Assembly (NCBI GenBank): GCA_951406725.2
Contig: OX597821.1
Coordinates: 83,638,001-83,702,000 of the forward strand
DNA: 64,000 bases
Origin: Octopus vulgaris
Taxonomy: Eukaryota
Direction: 5' to 3'
Below the pieces are notes generated by a model. The model worked only from the letters and a program-made list of their open reading frames with translations, did not search any database and was not told the DNA's origin. Position numbers and translations under genes: made by a program. This document shows, piece by piece, positions 1-12,630 of this stretch (positions within the stretch are counted from its first letter, which is position 1; the number at the start of each line of letters is the position of its first letter).

Positions 1-457
1 ATATATATATATATATATATAATGAATGCGTGTGTGTAACATACACATTTATTTAAGTCATTTGTGAGTCAGTAACTTGAAGAGTTTAGTCGATCAAATA
101 TATCCCCAGCACTTATTATTTTAAGCTTGATCGGTTCCCGTTATCTAACCGCTACGTTACACTGTCACAAACAAACCAAAACTGTTTGTAAAATAGTGTG
201 AAACAAATACACACACAGACTCTCTCTCTCACACACACACACACATATCTTTTTATATTTAAATATCCTTATGTACACATACACACACACATTTACATAT
301 GTATTATTTACATCAACAAACACACACACACACACATGTGTATGCTTGTGTCTTTTTATTTAGCTGTAACTCAAGGTCAGAGAGTTTCGTGGTTTGCACT
401 TAAACTAAACATGCATGCATGTGTGTGTGCATATAAATAAATAGATAAAAAAATTAC

Positions 458-488
<31 letters not shown>

Positions 489-701
489 CATACAGTATGC
501 ATATATTCATACATATAAATATTACAAGCGCCCGCTAATATCGATAAGAACCACACAGATGAACCCGAAAAGCACAGCATCTGAATTTTTTTGCAAACAA
601 ACTTTTTCAAAGATTGCATAAGGAATTGGTCTACGGGATCATAAGTCTGTTTTCCAAATCTTTATGTCATAGTTCATTTACCTGGCCGCAGAGCGTAAGT
701 A

Positions 702-747
<46 letters not shown>

Positions 748-1460
748 CGTCTAGGAACGTTAGCCTTCGTATAGTTTGGCGTCTTATCCAGGAGCTAGTT
801 TAACTCACATCTGCTCAATATTACGAAACAGGAGCTGCTGAAGTACTGATTCTAATTAAAATTTTTGATGTGATATGTGAATTTTACAACTTTACAACCA
901 TCAACAGAACACACTGTGCCCCTCGTAAGTGCGGGAACAAACATTTGCTTAGAAGGTGCAAACCCAGTTTTTCAGGAGGATCTTGAGAGCGTTTTCATTA
1001 CTTGCCCCCACCAAAAATAATTAAATAAATAAAAATTCAGGAAGTGCGCTCGCACCCGCTGTACCCGAGTCTATGAACTTCTTTGCCACGAAACAATCTC
1101 ATAACACCTACCCAACAACAAAACAATCTCATATCTACCCTATACCAACTACCCACCCGTCACAGAAACGTCACAACACCTGACAGCTATAGAAATCATT
1201 TCGCAATATCTACACAATCCTACTTCAAAAACGAACAACTATTAAATTGCAGAAAAAATTCCTCCACAGTAATTACTGTACATCTTTATTAATTCCGGCG
1301 TATTTTTTATGAAGTTTTAAGGAAAAACAAAATCAAGGTGATGTGACATTTATGCTTTCACCAAGGGCATTAGCGACAAAGGTGAGGCGGCGTCATTCAC
1401 CTGGAATTGAAACCCGAGCCACGAGGATGGCTGGCCGGTAACTTACCTCAACATTATTCA

Positions 1461-1660
1461 ATGAGGGAGCGTCTTTCTTTTTTTACGTGGTTACTTGACG
1501 TGTTAGAAATAGCAACCAAGTTCCTCTCAAATCACACCCTACTGTCATATCAAAATTACAGGACAGATTGCGCGGTGGTTACATATCCGAAATAAGAGGG
1601 GATTGTCTCAATGGCTGGTAAATACTCGTTAAGGGTGAGTGCTGGGGTTCAAACAACAAT
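1461..1660 (+). mobile_element. Interspersed SINE-like repeat 'family E' (core TGCTAGAAATAGCAGCCAAA...TCAAATCACACCCTACTG...GGGGCTAAACAACAAC)
   Basis: Matching segments recur at about 36670-36800, 40200-40580, 41290-41530 (-), 41960-42150, 46900-46990, 47200-47280 and 63620-63705. Confidence 0.6.
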
Positions 1661-2380
1661 ACACACAAAAAAACCTACCCAGTAATATAACAACAACAGC
1701 AACAACAACCACCGGCCGATGTATCGAGAACTCTCTCTCGTACCCATAGAATAAACAGATCCTCATGAAACAACGACGGTCCTCCCGACAAACAAACAGA
1801 ACTAAAACGGCAAGTTTAGCAGCAGTGGGTAACAAACATTGAAGGGAACAGAAGAAATAGCAGTGGCGGCCGACGGAGACCTGTCCGTCTGTCTTTAGAA
1901 GAGACATGGTGCCAGGGAATGAACAGGAATGCCAACACATGGCTGCTAACTGTAGCCAGAGTGAAGGATATTAACGAGAGGCAGCTGTTGTCGACTTAAA
2001 GAAACTGAGTTTTCATACTTTAATGGAATAATTGTTAAGTGGTTGAATGTCGTTTTAGATCGAAGCTGAAGCGAAAGGTAGAGCAGACACTGCTGCCTTC
2101 TCTCTCTCTCTCTCTCTCTCTCTGTCTGTCTAACTCTTTATCCCCCTCTCTTTCTCACTCACTCATTTATTTACTTTAAACTGGGGTGGAAGGAGGACTA
2201 CTACAAGTTGATAGCAAGTTGCGGTTCAGCGAGTACGTCTCTCGCACCTTGGCCAGCGAGACACCATGTGGAGAGGCTGATACTCCATATAAGGAAAACG
2301 TACTACGCAGTTACTTCGCCGACGTAGGACCACAACTTTTCCCATGGTCGTTGCATCTAAATGGTGCACGTTTAAAAAAA

Positions 2381-2525
2381 GCCCGCCAATCAGCGTCGAC
2401 TACAGAACATAGTAAATGATGTCATCGTCAGCCAATCAGAAGGCTTCCTGGTGATGTCATTTTATTTTTAGCAGATGACTCATTCGAATAAAGGGCGTCA
2501 GAAGAAGTGTTTGGACTCAGATCAC
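2381..2525 (+). promoter_or_regulatory. jun proximal promoter: CCAAT x2, ATF/Jun sites x2, MEF2 site, AP-1 site, atypical TATA, Inr-like start
   Basis: CCAAT at 2386-2390 and 2432-2436; TGATGTCA (reverse complement TGACATCA) at 2417-2424 and 2452-2459; TTATTTTTAG matching MEF2 YTAWWWWTAR at 2462-2471; TGACTCA at 2476-2482; GAATAAAG at 2486-2493; TCAGAT about 30 bp later (2517-2522). No ATG between 2519 and the start codon at 2740. Confidence 0.8.
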
Positions 2526-2739
2526 ATTTTGAAATAGTATCGGAAGGATCGTGAAAATAAAACTGAAAATATCTCTACAGCTTCACGAACACTTCGAGAA
2601 AACTAAAGAGAGGACCATCTTTACATTTTATCGTCTTTCACTTCTACGGATTACATTATTACAGATTTCTCTGTCGCAAACTTCCGCGCTTATAATATAA
2701 ATAAGGTTTGCTGGAAAGAAAAAAAATAAAGGCACAGAG

Positions 2740-3621
2740 ATGGAACCGACGTTTTACCACGACGAGTGTCATCCAAGCAATGAGTCGCTTAAAAGACTTA
2801 AAAAGTCTATGACTCTGGACTTTACTCCAGGCGGTAGCAGTGCAAAATCCGCAAAACTTAATAACCCTCTTCAGTCACCCGATCTAAACCTTTTAAAACT
2901 AGCATCTCCGGAGTTGGAACGGATGATAATTCAGGCTAATGGAATGGTCACTACAACTCCAACACCAACACAAATTCTCTGTCCAAAATTCGTAACAGAA
3001 GAACAAGAAGCTTACGCTCGGGGATTTGTAGATGCCTTAGCCAAATTACACAAAAGCTATGGAGAAGATACTTTGTATAATTTACCAAATTTTCCTTACA
3101 CACAAACGTCCAGCGAAAGTCTTAATACTCCAGGGAATTTAATGAACAGTATAACCGCTACCGATTCTACCCTCCTGAATGCCCGCGGGTCAACAAATAC
3201 CCAGTCAAATCTCGTGTCCGCCCATCAGTCCATTTCTACTACCCTACCACCATCCAATCATTCTACAGTGAACACAAACGAAGAATCTGGTATAGTGAAA
3301 CTTAAAGAGGAACCCCAAACAGTACCATGTTTAGGAAGTACACCTCCGCTCTCTCCTATTAATATGGAATCACAGGAGCGAATTAAATTAGAACGAAAGC
3401 GTGCCAGGAACCGAATCGCTGCCCGAAAGTGCCGGACGCGAAAGCTAGAGCGCATCGCGAGACTGGAAGATCGAGTTAAAGATCTGAAGGACCAGAATAC
3501 AGAACTGTCCCAAATGACTACAACACTCAGGGATGACATTTGCAAACTTAAACAACAAATTATCGAACACGTAAATAATGGTTGTCGGATACTTCATACA
3601 CATCCCCATTTAATAATCTAA
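2740..3621 (+). CDS. jun: Transcription factor AP-1 subunit c-Jun (bZIP), intronless, 293 aa
   Basis: N-terminus MEPTFY; JNK-docking delta domain [11 protein letters not shown]; phospho-acceptor region [18 protein letters not shown] (equivalent to S63/S73); TTTPTPTQ (T91/T93); [13 protein letters not shown] motif; STPPLSP GSK3/Fbw7-type degron; basic region [14 protein letters not shown]; heptad leucine zipper; C-terminal HVNNGC. Good Kozak context gagATGG. Confidence 0.99.
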   Translation: MEPTFYHDECHPSNESLKRLKKSMTLDFTPGGSSAKSAKLNNPLQSPDLNLLKLASPELERMIIQANGMVTTTPTPTQILCPKFVTEEQEAYARGFVDALAKLHKSYGEDTLYNLPNFPYTQTSSESLNTPGNLMNSITATDSTLLNARGSTNTQSNLVSAHQSISTTLPPSNHSTVNTNEESGIVKLKEEPQTVPCLGSTPPLSPINMESQERIKLERKRARNRIAARKCRTRKLERIARLEDRVKDLKDQNTELSQMTTTLRDDICKLKQQIIEHVNNGCRILHTHPHLII

Positions 3622-4376
3622 ATGTAAGAAACTTTACTGAAGAGAAAAAAAATGGAAAAAAAAATCAATGCTTACCTCCTGATTGGGAAACTAGTTATAA
3701 AATGCGCTTTTTTCTAAGAAGTATCCTAAACACAAACATCAGGATTCGTTTTAACCTTCCTTTCCTTTTTATGCAAAATATTTGGAGAAAAAAAAAGTAT
3801 TAGACTCAAACTTGGATAAAACGATCCCTAAATGTATTTGTTGATACTGAGTGTTGATGGGAAAACTGAAGGGGGAAGTAGGTATTTTTGCCTTAACTTT
3901 AAATTTGTCTCAAGATCTTCCCTTATTTCTAAAAATTACTGCAAAAAAGAAAAAAAAAACATCCACAAAGAAAGTCAACAAAAGAAACAAAATTTACATT
4001 TTGCATTTAAGTTTAGGACTTTTTAACTAAAGCAAATTATTAACCACCAGCTTTTTATTTTGTATCCTGATTCGAGAATGGTGAGGTTTGCAGAAGAACC
4101 ATGGAGCAGAGTGTTCCTTACATCCAGTAAGTGCTCTTATGAATTGATGGTACAAAACGTAATGAAACAAAACAGATCTTCTGATGTGATATTTTGCAGG
4201 TTGAAAACTTATACACTCCTGATCTTGACTGTGTAACACTGTTCCTCAACATTCATAGCTGTTGATCAGCTAATAATGTTGAAACAGTTCTAAAAAAGCC
4301 CAAAACGTTTTGTATACGAATCGCATTCATGAACTTGCTCTGTCTAACGACAAATTTTGTAAATTTTGATAAACTC

Positions 4377-4550
4377 TGTACATATTAACTCAAATGACAG
4401 GTGCTGCAACTATTATGATGCAAGACTACTGTACATAATTGGAGGTTTTAATCCATCTAATTTTTCTATTGGAAAAATTATATATTTATTACTTGTACAG
4501 ACATTAAATTTTTCATTTAAATCGTATTCTTGTGTTGTGTACGTGTATAT
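4377..4550 (+). promoter_or_regulatory. Probable jun 3' UTR end: Pumilio elements, AU-rich element and poly(A) signal
   Basis: TGTACATA (UGUANAUA) at 4377-4384 and 4430-4437, variant TGTACAGA at 4494-4501; TATTTAT at 4483-4489; ATTAAA at 4503-4508 followed by a GU-rich tract at 4531-4550. Confidence 0.55.
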
Positions 4551-6789
4551 TTATTCGTTTTCTTGTATAGCAGCAGTAAATTTGCTGTTTTCTCTTCTTT
4601 TGTGGCTGTTGATGATAGGCTTATGGAAGGGAGGTAACTGCAATCTAAGATCGTTAAGCGTGTTTTCCTACAAATCCTCAACGAAACCCTTTAAAATGTA
4701 TTTTCCTTCATTTTATTAATTATCGTTATTAACCCACAACAAAATGTATGAAACGAAACTAACCATCACATCCTTAACACCTTAGCGATCTTACATCGAT
4801 CAAGCATTAATTTGTTTCCTTAAATTCCCATCTATGCCTACTGAATCCAATCCCAGTAGGGTCCACATAATTCTCTTTCCCTTTATTTCTGTTTGTGTAT
4901 CTTCCTGTGTCTGTGTGTTCCTGTGTCTGTGTGTGTATATTTCCCCCACATGCATCTGCGCGCACACACATACATAGAATATGTATACCTACCTATCTAA
5001 TCTGTAGCTTTGTCTGTTTTGGGATTGATCCCTTTTAAATGAATACCAGGACCAAAAATTATTATTTTCAAATTAAAAAAAAAAGAAAATGTTTCATATC
5101 GATACAGTATTAGTTAAAGTAGACCCATGCCTTGAAGTGTTTCTTTGAAGAATATATTACTCTCACCCGAAGAACAAATAATATGAAATGTGCTTTCAGA
5201 GATACATGTGTACTTGCTATACGAATAATATACCATAAACGTTTCTTTTTCATTTGCAGAATGCATTATATATATACATATATATATATATGTATATATA
5301 TATAATGTGCGTATGAAATAACATTTACAGTTCTGTGATATGAAATATTCACACTAGATCTATCGTTTCCATTCATTTACATATATATCCTAGAATTAAC
5401 TTGGTGTTTATTATTTATTAGGAAAGAAATCGCAACTATTTATTTTTAGCCATCAATATATCTCATCCACTTCTACTCATCCACCAGATTCGTGGTGGTC
5501 ACATTCTGTATAAACAGAATATTTAGGATACAACATATTAGATTTCCAGTAATTCTGAAGAGAAAGAAATTTTTTGGGATCATCGACATTTCCCTTTCCT
5601 TTCAAGACAATTTCCATTTCATTCAATTCCTTAAATTATTCTGTTTATCAACTTCGTTTTAATTTTGAAATCATCCTTTTTTTTCCTTTTTATTTCCATC
5701 GCCATAAGAAATCCATCAATTATTTCGATAGGGCAGATATCTTATCATTTCCGTGTGCATTTTTCCTTTTTAATTTCCAGCATGGCATCATTATCATCTT
5801 ATTTTCTTTTCGTCATTTGAATAGTTAAATGAAGAATCTCATTTGTTATGTTTCAGATCGAAAGTTTAATTGCAATTTTTATTACTATAGTAGTTGATGT
5901 GCGTTTAAGAAATTATTTTGAAAATTCCCTAATGAAATAGGGATTTCCTATAAAATGCTAAACACAAATCCCTTGTAGGCGTTGTGTGCCCCCTAGTTTT
6001 ATTAGACTTCTAAGACTCAATGTCTATATAAGGAATCATAATAAAGAAAAATAATTGTATTTTCTTTAAATAACTATTAAACATAGTATTTTGTACTAAT
6101 AATTGAAAATATAATATTTATTCAATCCAAATTGATAACTGAACTGTTAAGAGTCGTAGAAAACGCTTCAAATACGGATTTTAGCTTTTAATTTTCCATA
6201 AATATTGATACAAATATAACCTTGTTTTTAGTTAATTTTCCTATTTTATCGTGATTTGTTTTGAAAAAGATATGTACCATAAAAAGCAGAAAAGAATTTT
6301 TTATTTTAAATATAACTTAATTGAATCTATCATTTATTTATCATTTCATATCGTAAAAAAATTTAATATAAATATTCTGTTGTCTTTCCAATCGTGGAAC
6401 ATTCGATATTGTAGAAACTTGTATCAACTTGGTGAGAGATCTGATAAAATATTGATTTTTTTTTTTTAATATAAATGCACAAGGTCCCAGAATGAAAGAA
6501 AATTCCATGAGACATTATTATCGATGCTTTCCTTGAGATTGTATAGGCAACGAAAACGAAGGGGAAAATAGCTTCACCACAAGTCAAAACTAAGGGTCGG
6601 GTACCAAACACTTTAAAATCCATTTTCAAATTAAATGTGGATGGGTGGGTGGGTGGCGAAAGCTAGTTTATTTTTTTCATACAGGCAAGGACTCCATCCA
6701 AAGTGATTCCTATCTCGCTTCACTGCTTCTCATATCAAACTCCCTAAACAAGGAAGAGAAAATCTAGACAACATAGTGTATGTATGTAT

Positions 6790-6820
<31 letters not shown>

Positions 6821-6951
6821 CAGGGTGTCCCAAAAAAATGTATACACACCTTTAATAATTGTAAATTTGTTATTCTTTGTAAGCCTAGTACTTATTCTAT
6901 CGTTCTATTGTGCCGAACCACTATGTGTATACATTTTTTTGGGACACCCTG
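6821..6951. mobile_element. Tc1/mariner-type MITE, 131 bp, carrying an internal SINE fragment
   Basis: Perfect 28-bp TIRs CAGGGTGTCCCAAAAAAATGTATACACA (6821-6848 / 6924-6951) flanked by TA. Internal 6869-6922 matches the 3' part of SINE family A. Confidence 0.9.
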
Positions 6952-9900
6952 TATATATATATATGAGAAAAGCGATGGCTGGTCATCATTTGAACGTAGG
7001 TCTGCTCGATCAGGAGCTGGACAACAACCACAAACCCATTCATCCTGAATACATGTTACAAGCAAAGCACGCGCGCGCGCACTTGCCTCCATCCAAACAC
7101 ACTTGATTCCGACATACACGCAGACAATGTTATCAAACAAACTATTCCCTACACACACGTTTACACACTAGCATATACACACACACGTTGTTCCCATCCA
7201 GTGCTTTACATATCATCTCTGAACCTTCCTCTTTCTCTCTCTCTCCAACATCAATATTTACCATCACCTTCAGCTATCACTTATTGACTCTGTGCCAAGT
7301 TCCCCCTTGTTGAGTCCGTAAGGTTTATTTGATCGTGAGAGGAAAGGACAAGGAAGTCAATCAGACCCCAATATCTCGTTTTTAAATAAATATTTAATTA
7401 GAATGTTCGTGTAGGCGCAGCTATTATTGTATATTTAAATGTATCTACACACACACACAGTCTGCAACGGTGAGTGTAGATATATTTATTATGTCTATGG
7501 CTCTACACATTTCGGGATCCCGTTTTTTTTGTTTCATTATTCCCTGACATTTCGAAATTTTTATTATAAACCGTATTAAATGAGATACCATAAAAATCCT
7601 GCTTAGTTAGATGTGTGGATGTATAACAATACACACAGACACATATTTATATATATTGGCACACAAGTACGTGTTTGGATTCTGGTTATTTTCTTTTCCT
7701 TGTCTTTGACTCTCATTACCAAAGGCATCCGTGTAGAAACTTTATATCTTGATAATCTTCCGTTGGAGAAACCGGTCCTGGCGGTTTTATATTGATTAAA
7801 TCGTTTCCTTCCATCCTTTGCTTCACATCAAAGTTCTTAACCAAAAGACAAACCAAGATCATGGCAAATAAAAGAGAAACACTTTATAAATTCAGGTTAA
7901 ATCACAAGGAATTGTGTATTTATAGAGGAATATATTCATACGGAAATGAAAAAAAGAACTACATAAATAAACATTTATTTAAAATGCTGTCTGTAAAGCT
8001 AATTAACTACTCAGCTCTGAGTAATTAATTAGTTGATCGCACAGGTTGCTACCAAATTCAAAAGTTGGTTTTCATACAATTTATTATTCATTGAAATAAC
8101 ATCGATCCAGAAAGTTGAACTTACCTTCTTTAATAATCAACTTCTATCCCGTAAAATATTCCAATCGTCGAGGAAGGAAAATTTATTTAATTTACTTTCT
8201 TGAATCTAAAAAAAACCGTTTCGACTTCTTTGGGAGGAAAAAGAGTGATGTGAGAGTTACGGTAACCCAGAAGAGTAATAATCTCAGACTACGGAAGCTT
8301 GTACTACCCAGTCTAAACTTCTCTAAATAGTTAATATTTGGAATTAAAACATCAAATTAGGTATTATTTATGAATAAAGTATTAAAAATATATATATAAT
8401 ATACTAATATTCATATTGAAATAACTCATAATGTTAGAAAATCCCTGAGATGCTGAAATTTACAAGATCTTTAAAGGGTATATTTTGTTTTGTATCATCT
8501 ATTATAACTTCATCTGAATCTACGATGCCTTTCAGAAATAATAAAAATATTTGACTGTTACTTTAGTTAAATGCCAAATTGACCTCTGCCGGATTTGTAT
8601 TTGGTAATAAGTCCGTAACTAAATTACCTCAAGTGTTTTGTCTGACGCTTAAACGATTCTAATATAATTTGCAAACCAATGGGGCGATACAAACTCAATC
8701 CTAGTTATCCTCACAGGTGTTCTTAGCTGCTCTTCATTGACGGTTCCTTCAAGTTTAGCAATCCTCTCTTTTACTTCAGAAATGTTATGTTTTAATCTTA
8801 TCAGATGGATAACTATTGTACGTTGCAGCCTTTTAGCAATCATTGTCTTAAAATACTGCTTTATTTGTCAATGGTACAGAGGAACGCTGATGCACACACA
8901 CACAAGATTGTTTCTTTGAACAGGGTGCAACACATTAACAAGCCGTTACCACTTTTGCATTACAGCCGAAGCGCCTGCTGGTCCCAAGTTATGTACAAGA
9001 CGTTTGAGCCAATGTTGGAGAGTACAATCCTGCATTGGTTGCTTCGTCATTCAAATACCGATGCATATGTGCTTTCATACTTGTCAACTGTCAGCGATAT
9101 GTTGTGTTTATACCAACATTCTAAAAATATATCTAATTATCATTTGACTCTAACCAGTTCTTAACTACGGCAAAATCTTCGTTAATTTAAAATGAAATTT
9201 CTCTGACCTTGCTCTATATATGTAAATATCTACACTTTTTTCTGTATCTTTTCTTAGCAATGTTATGGGGCGGTACCCAATGTCGGTTGATGCAAAATTA
9301 GGATTTGAAACACGAAATTAGAGGGACGGAATGTGGCGAATTAAAAATAGGATCCTAGACGTTAACAATAAAATAAAGTTTAATTTAAGAAAGTAAAGTT
9401 TTAAAATTCAAAGTCTAATATCTAAAAAAATTCCTGAATTAATACTATTACTTAAAATTTCTTTTAAATCAAAGTTACTTTGAATTTCCTTGAACGCAAG
9501 AGAACATATCTCCATTTTTACTTTTAGAATTAACCGTAGTTACAAGTTAACTTTCTACAACTTGGAATCAGTTCATTTCAATGCAATTAAAGCTGTTTGA
9601 TGGATGTTAGGATGTCTCATGCTACATAACATTTCGTTTCCCACAAATTTATTTTGATTTCAAATCGCGTTGGTGTCGATAAAATAAGTACAAATACTAA
9701 TATTATATTGGTCTAATTTAATTAACTGTACACTTCGATTAAAATATAGCTTGTGCTGTATCCCTTCGGCAACATCAAATAATTCCGTCCAGATTTGTCT
9801 TTAATTGCACTTCGGCATTTTGGAGTAACACAACTTTTCCCACCCTTTTTTTTTTTTTTGTTTTTCGGAACATGCATAGATGTTGATCGATCAACGTTTT

Positions 9901-10428
9901 CATAAAACCAGTTGGGTAACGTGGATATTGAAACAAAACAAAAGAAAAATACCAAACAATTTAAATATGATGTTTGTTTTATTGAAATGCTAAGTAATTT
10001 GGTGACTGTTTGTTAAATGTATATAATAAGAAAGAGGGAAAGCTACTAAGATGGTTTTGCATCAAGAGTGCAGACCACCGGCTTGCTGCTCCTGTGTTGC
10101 AAACGGGCTTGATCAACTCCGGGTGGGTCAATTGAGCCACGAGGTCTGATATTGAAGGAACCAAGCCTTCGAAACTTCACTGATGTTGCATCCGGAGCAA
10201 CCGTGGTTTATATATATATATATATGTATAATCTTATATCTTTATTTGTTTCATTCATTGGGCTGGGGTCTGCGCCTTAAACATTTCAGTCAAACATCAC
10301 TCCCGGTGGCAATTTTTCTTTTTAGATCTGGTACCATTTCTCTCTTTTTCTTATTGACGAACCGCTCAGTTACGAGGTTGTAAACAAACTGACATCGGTT
10401 TTCAAACGGGTCAAACACAAGCATGATA

Positions 10429-10576
10429 CTACTTAAGAACAGTGCGCGCATCCGCACCAGCTAGTCATGACTAGTCGATCCTTTGTGTTTTATTTACTTT
10501 GCTAGGTAGACGTAGGATCAACTAGTTACGACTAGCTAGCGCGAGTGCGCGCACCGGGACCACTGTTCTTAAGTAG
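10429..10576. mobile_element. Fold-back MITE nested in a decayed family A SINE
   Basis: TIR CTACTTAAGAACAGTG / CACTGTTCTTAAGTAG flanked by TA. A second ~40-bp internal inverted repeat (GTGCGCGCA...GATCCT / AGGATC...TGCGCGCAC). Confidence 0.8.
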
Positions 10577-11714
10577 TACCCACAAACATACAAACATAGT
10601 ATATATATATATTCGGCCATCAAATCCACTTACAAGGCTTGGTCAGCCCAGAGCTTTTGGAAAAGACACTTGGTACCATGCAGTGGGACTGAACCCGGAA
10701 CCATTGGCTTGGGAAGCAAACATCCACGCCTGCGCTAGTGCACGCTTTATTTTATTGCCTTAGCTGCGGCAACAATTAGTTTATCATATTTCTTTATATA
10801 TGTCTGTGTGCACGCGCGCGATCTTTGTGTTTAGATCTCCATTTTCACATTCGTCAATAAACAGCTAAATATGATTTTGGTCGGTGGCCAGCTATGGAGC
10901 GGGGCCGGGGTAGTTATTCTGACATTTAATTAAGATACGTTCATGTTATTGGGCCATCGTATAGAGAAAAGCAAAATGAATACGTTTAAGTTGGATCCTT
11001 GTATGTACGATCAGGAACTTATAGTAGAAAAAAGAAAAAAAACCCCGCTGAAATAAGATCTAGAGACAGAGACGGCTAAGAACTAGTGATCGTAGATAAG
11101 TTGAAATATAAAGATTTGGAATGAAAATTGCGTATTATATTCGACGAATGTTTATTGCATTGGATTGGTGATAATTTACAGGGTGGAATGTAAAACCGAT
11201 ATCAATGATGAAGGGAAAATCTGATAAACGGACTAATTTTCAGAAGGTTCCCCCTCACTTTAAGTAAGTATTTGGTACTATATATAGCCTCAGGCCCACC
11301 GACGCCTTGTGAATGGATTTGGTAGGCGAAAACTGTGTGGAAACCCGTCTTCTGTGTCTTTGTGTTTATTCCACCCATCCACCCACCTCTTGATAACCGA
11401 TGCTGGTTTGTTTACGTCTTCATAATTTAATGGTTCGGTAAAAGAGAGCGATAGAATAAGTACCAGACTTAATGGGATTGACTTGTTCGACGAAAACCCA
11501 TCAAGGCTGTGCCTCAGCACGGATCACAGTACAATAACTGAATCAAATAAAAAAAAAGGTAAAGCTTAGAAATGTGGTTTGTTGAATGTTAACAGGGCCA
11601 ACGTCTGACTGAAGATTTGTGTCTGTCAGAATGAGTTGAAGAAATTCACAAAATCGACAGCTTCTCGTTTTTTTGTTTTTTTTTTCTTTTGTAATCTTGG
11701 GATTTTTTCAGTAT

Positions 11715-12215
11715 ACTCTTTACTCTTTACTCTCTTTTACTTGTTTCAGTCATTTGACTGCGGCCATGCTGGAACACTGCCTTTAGTCGAGCAAATCGAC
11801 CCCAGCACTTATTCTTTGTAAGCTTAGTACTTATTCTATCGGTCTCTTTTGCCGAACCGCTAAGTTACGGGGACGTAAACACACCAGCATCGGTTGTCAA
11901 GCGGTGTTGGAGGGACAAACACACATACAGACAGATAGATAGATAGATAGAAAATGGGACAAGAACGCAAAACATCCAGATAGACGATACAAAAAACTCG
12001 GACGGGTCATTCAAAGCCTTTAATCTTCAGTAAAGAACCGGATCATCCTCGCAATTTCGGCTGATTAATCTTAATATATACGACGGGCCACTTTCAGTTT
12101 CCATCTACCAAATCCACTCATAAGGCTTTGGTCGGCCCGAGGCCATAGTAAGGTGCCACGCAGTGGGGCTGAACCCGGTAAACAAGCTACTTACCACATA
12201 GCCACTCCTACACCT
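11715..12215 (-). mobile_element. tRNA-derived SINE family A, interrupted by (GATA)n and an unrelated insertion at about 11952-12075
   Basis: Both halves match the full-length copy at 26209-26617. Confidence 0.85.
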
Positions 12216-12319
12216 AGTATTTTTATTTGGTTGAAAAATCATTAGACTGTCGCCATGCTATACTTTGAAGAATAGCAGATGAAGGAATCGGTCTCAGTAC
12301 TTAGTTTGTGTTTTTTTTA

Positions 12320-12478
12320 GGCCTGTTAGCGGTTCGTCTCACCGAAATATCAGGTGATACACGTGAGGGTGCTTGGCTGTTTCAACGCCTTAGTCACGCC
12401 ACTGCCCATGGCAATACCACGAAAGTGTTGGCTCCTTTCGATAAGTTCCATTATTACTTATGGTTGGCGACCGATTGA
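12320..12478 (+). mobile_element. 3' fragment of a CRE-clade (RLE-type) non-LTR retrotransposon
   Basis: Translates as GLLAVRLTEISGDTREGAWLFQRLSHATAHGNTTKVL, matching the CRE-clade C-terminal motif 'RL..(V/I)SGD.RE..(F/W)L.QRLS.A...GN...V'. Confidence 0.7.
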
Positions 12479-12630
12479 TGCACTTAGTGTTTCTTTAGGA
12501 ACCGATTCTAATAGTTCTATATTCATTAAATTGTTCCTTAGTGTTAAATAAATGTCACCTCTTGCCTGACGGTGACATTCATTAACAACTATCTCGTGAT
12601 AGCAAGGAGAAAGTAACACACACACACATA

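Noticed and set aside
1443-1510. Upstream enhancer with TTACCTCA (vertebrate jun2-like) and CRE-like TGACGTGT
   Set aside because: The CRE-like sites lie inside a family E repeat, and TTACCTCA also occurs at about 8624, so chance cannot be excluded.
3258-3545. 95-aa antisense ORF within jun
   Set aside because: Shadow of the jun coding strand with no independent features.
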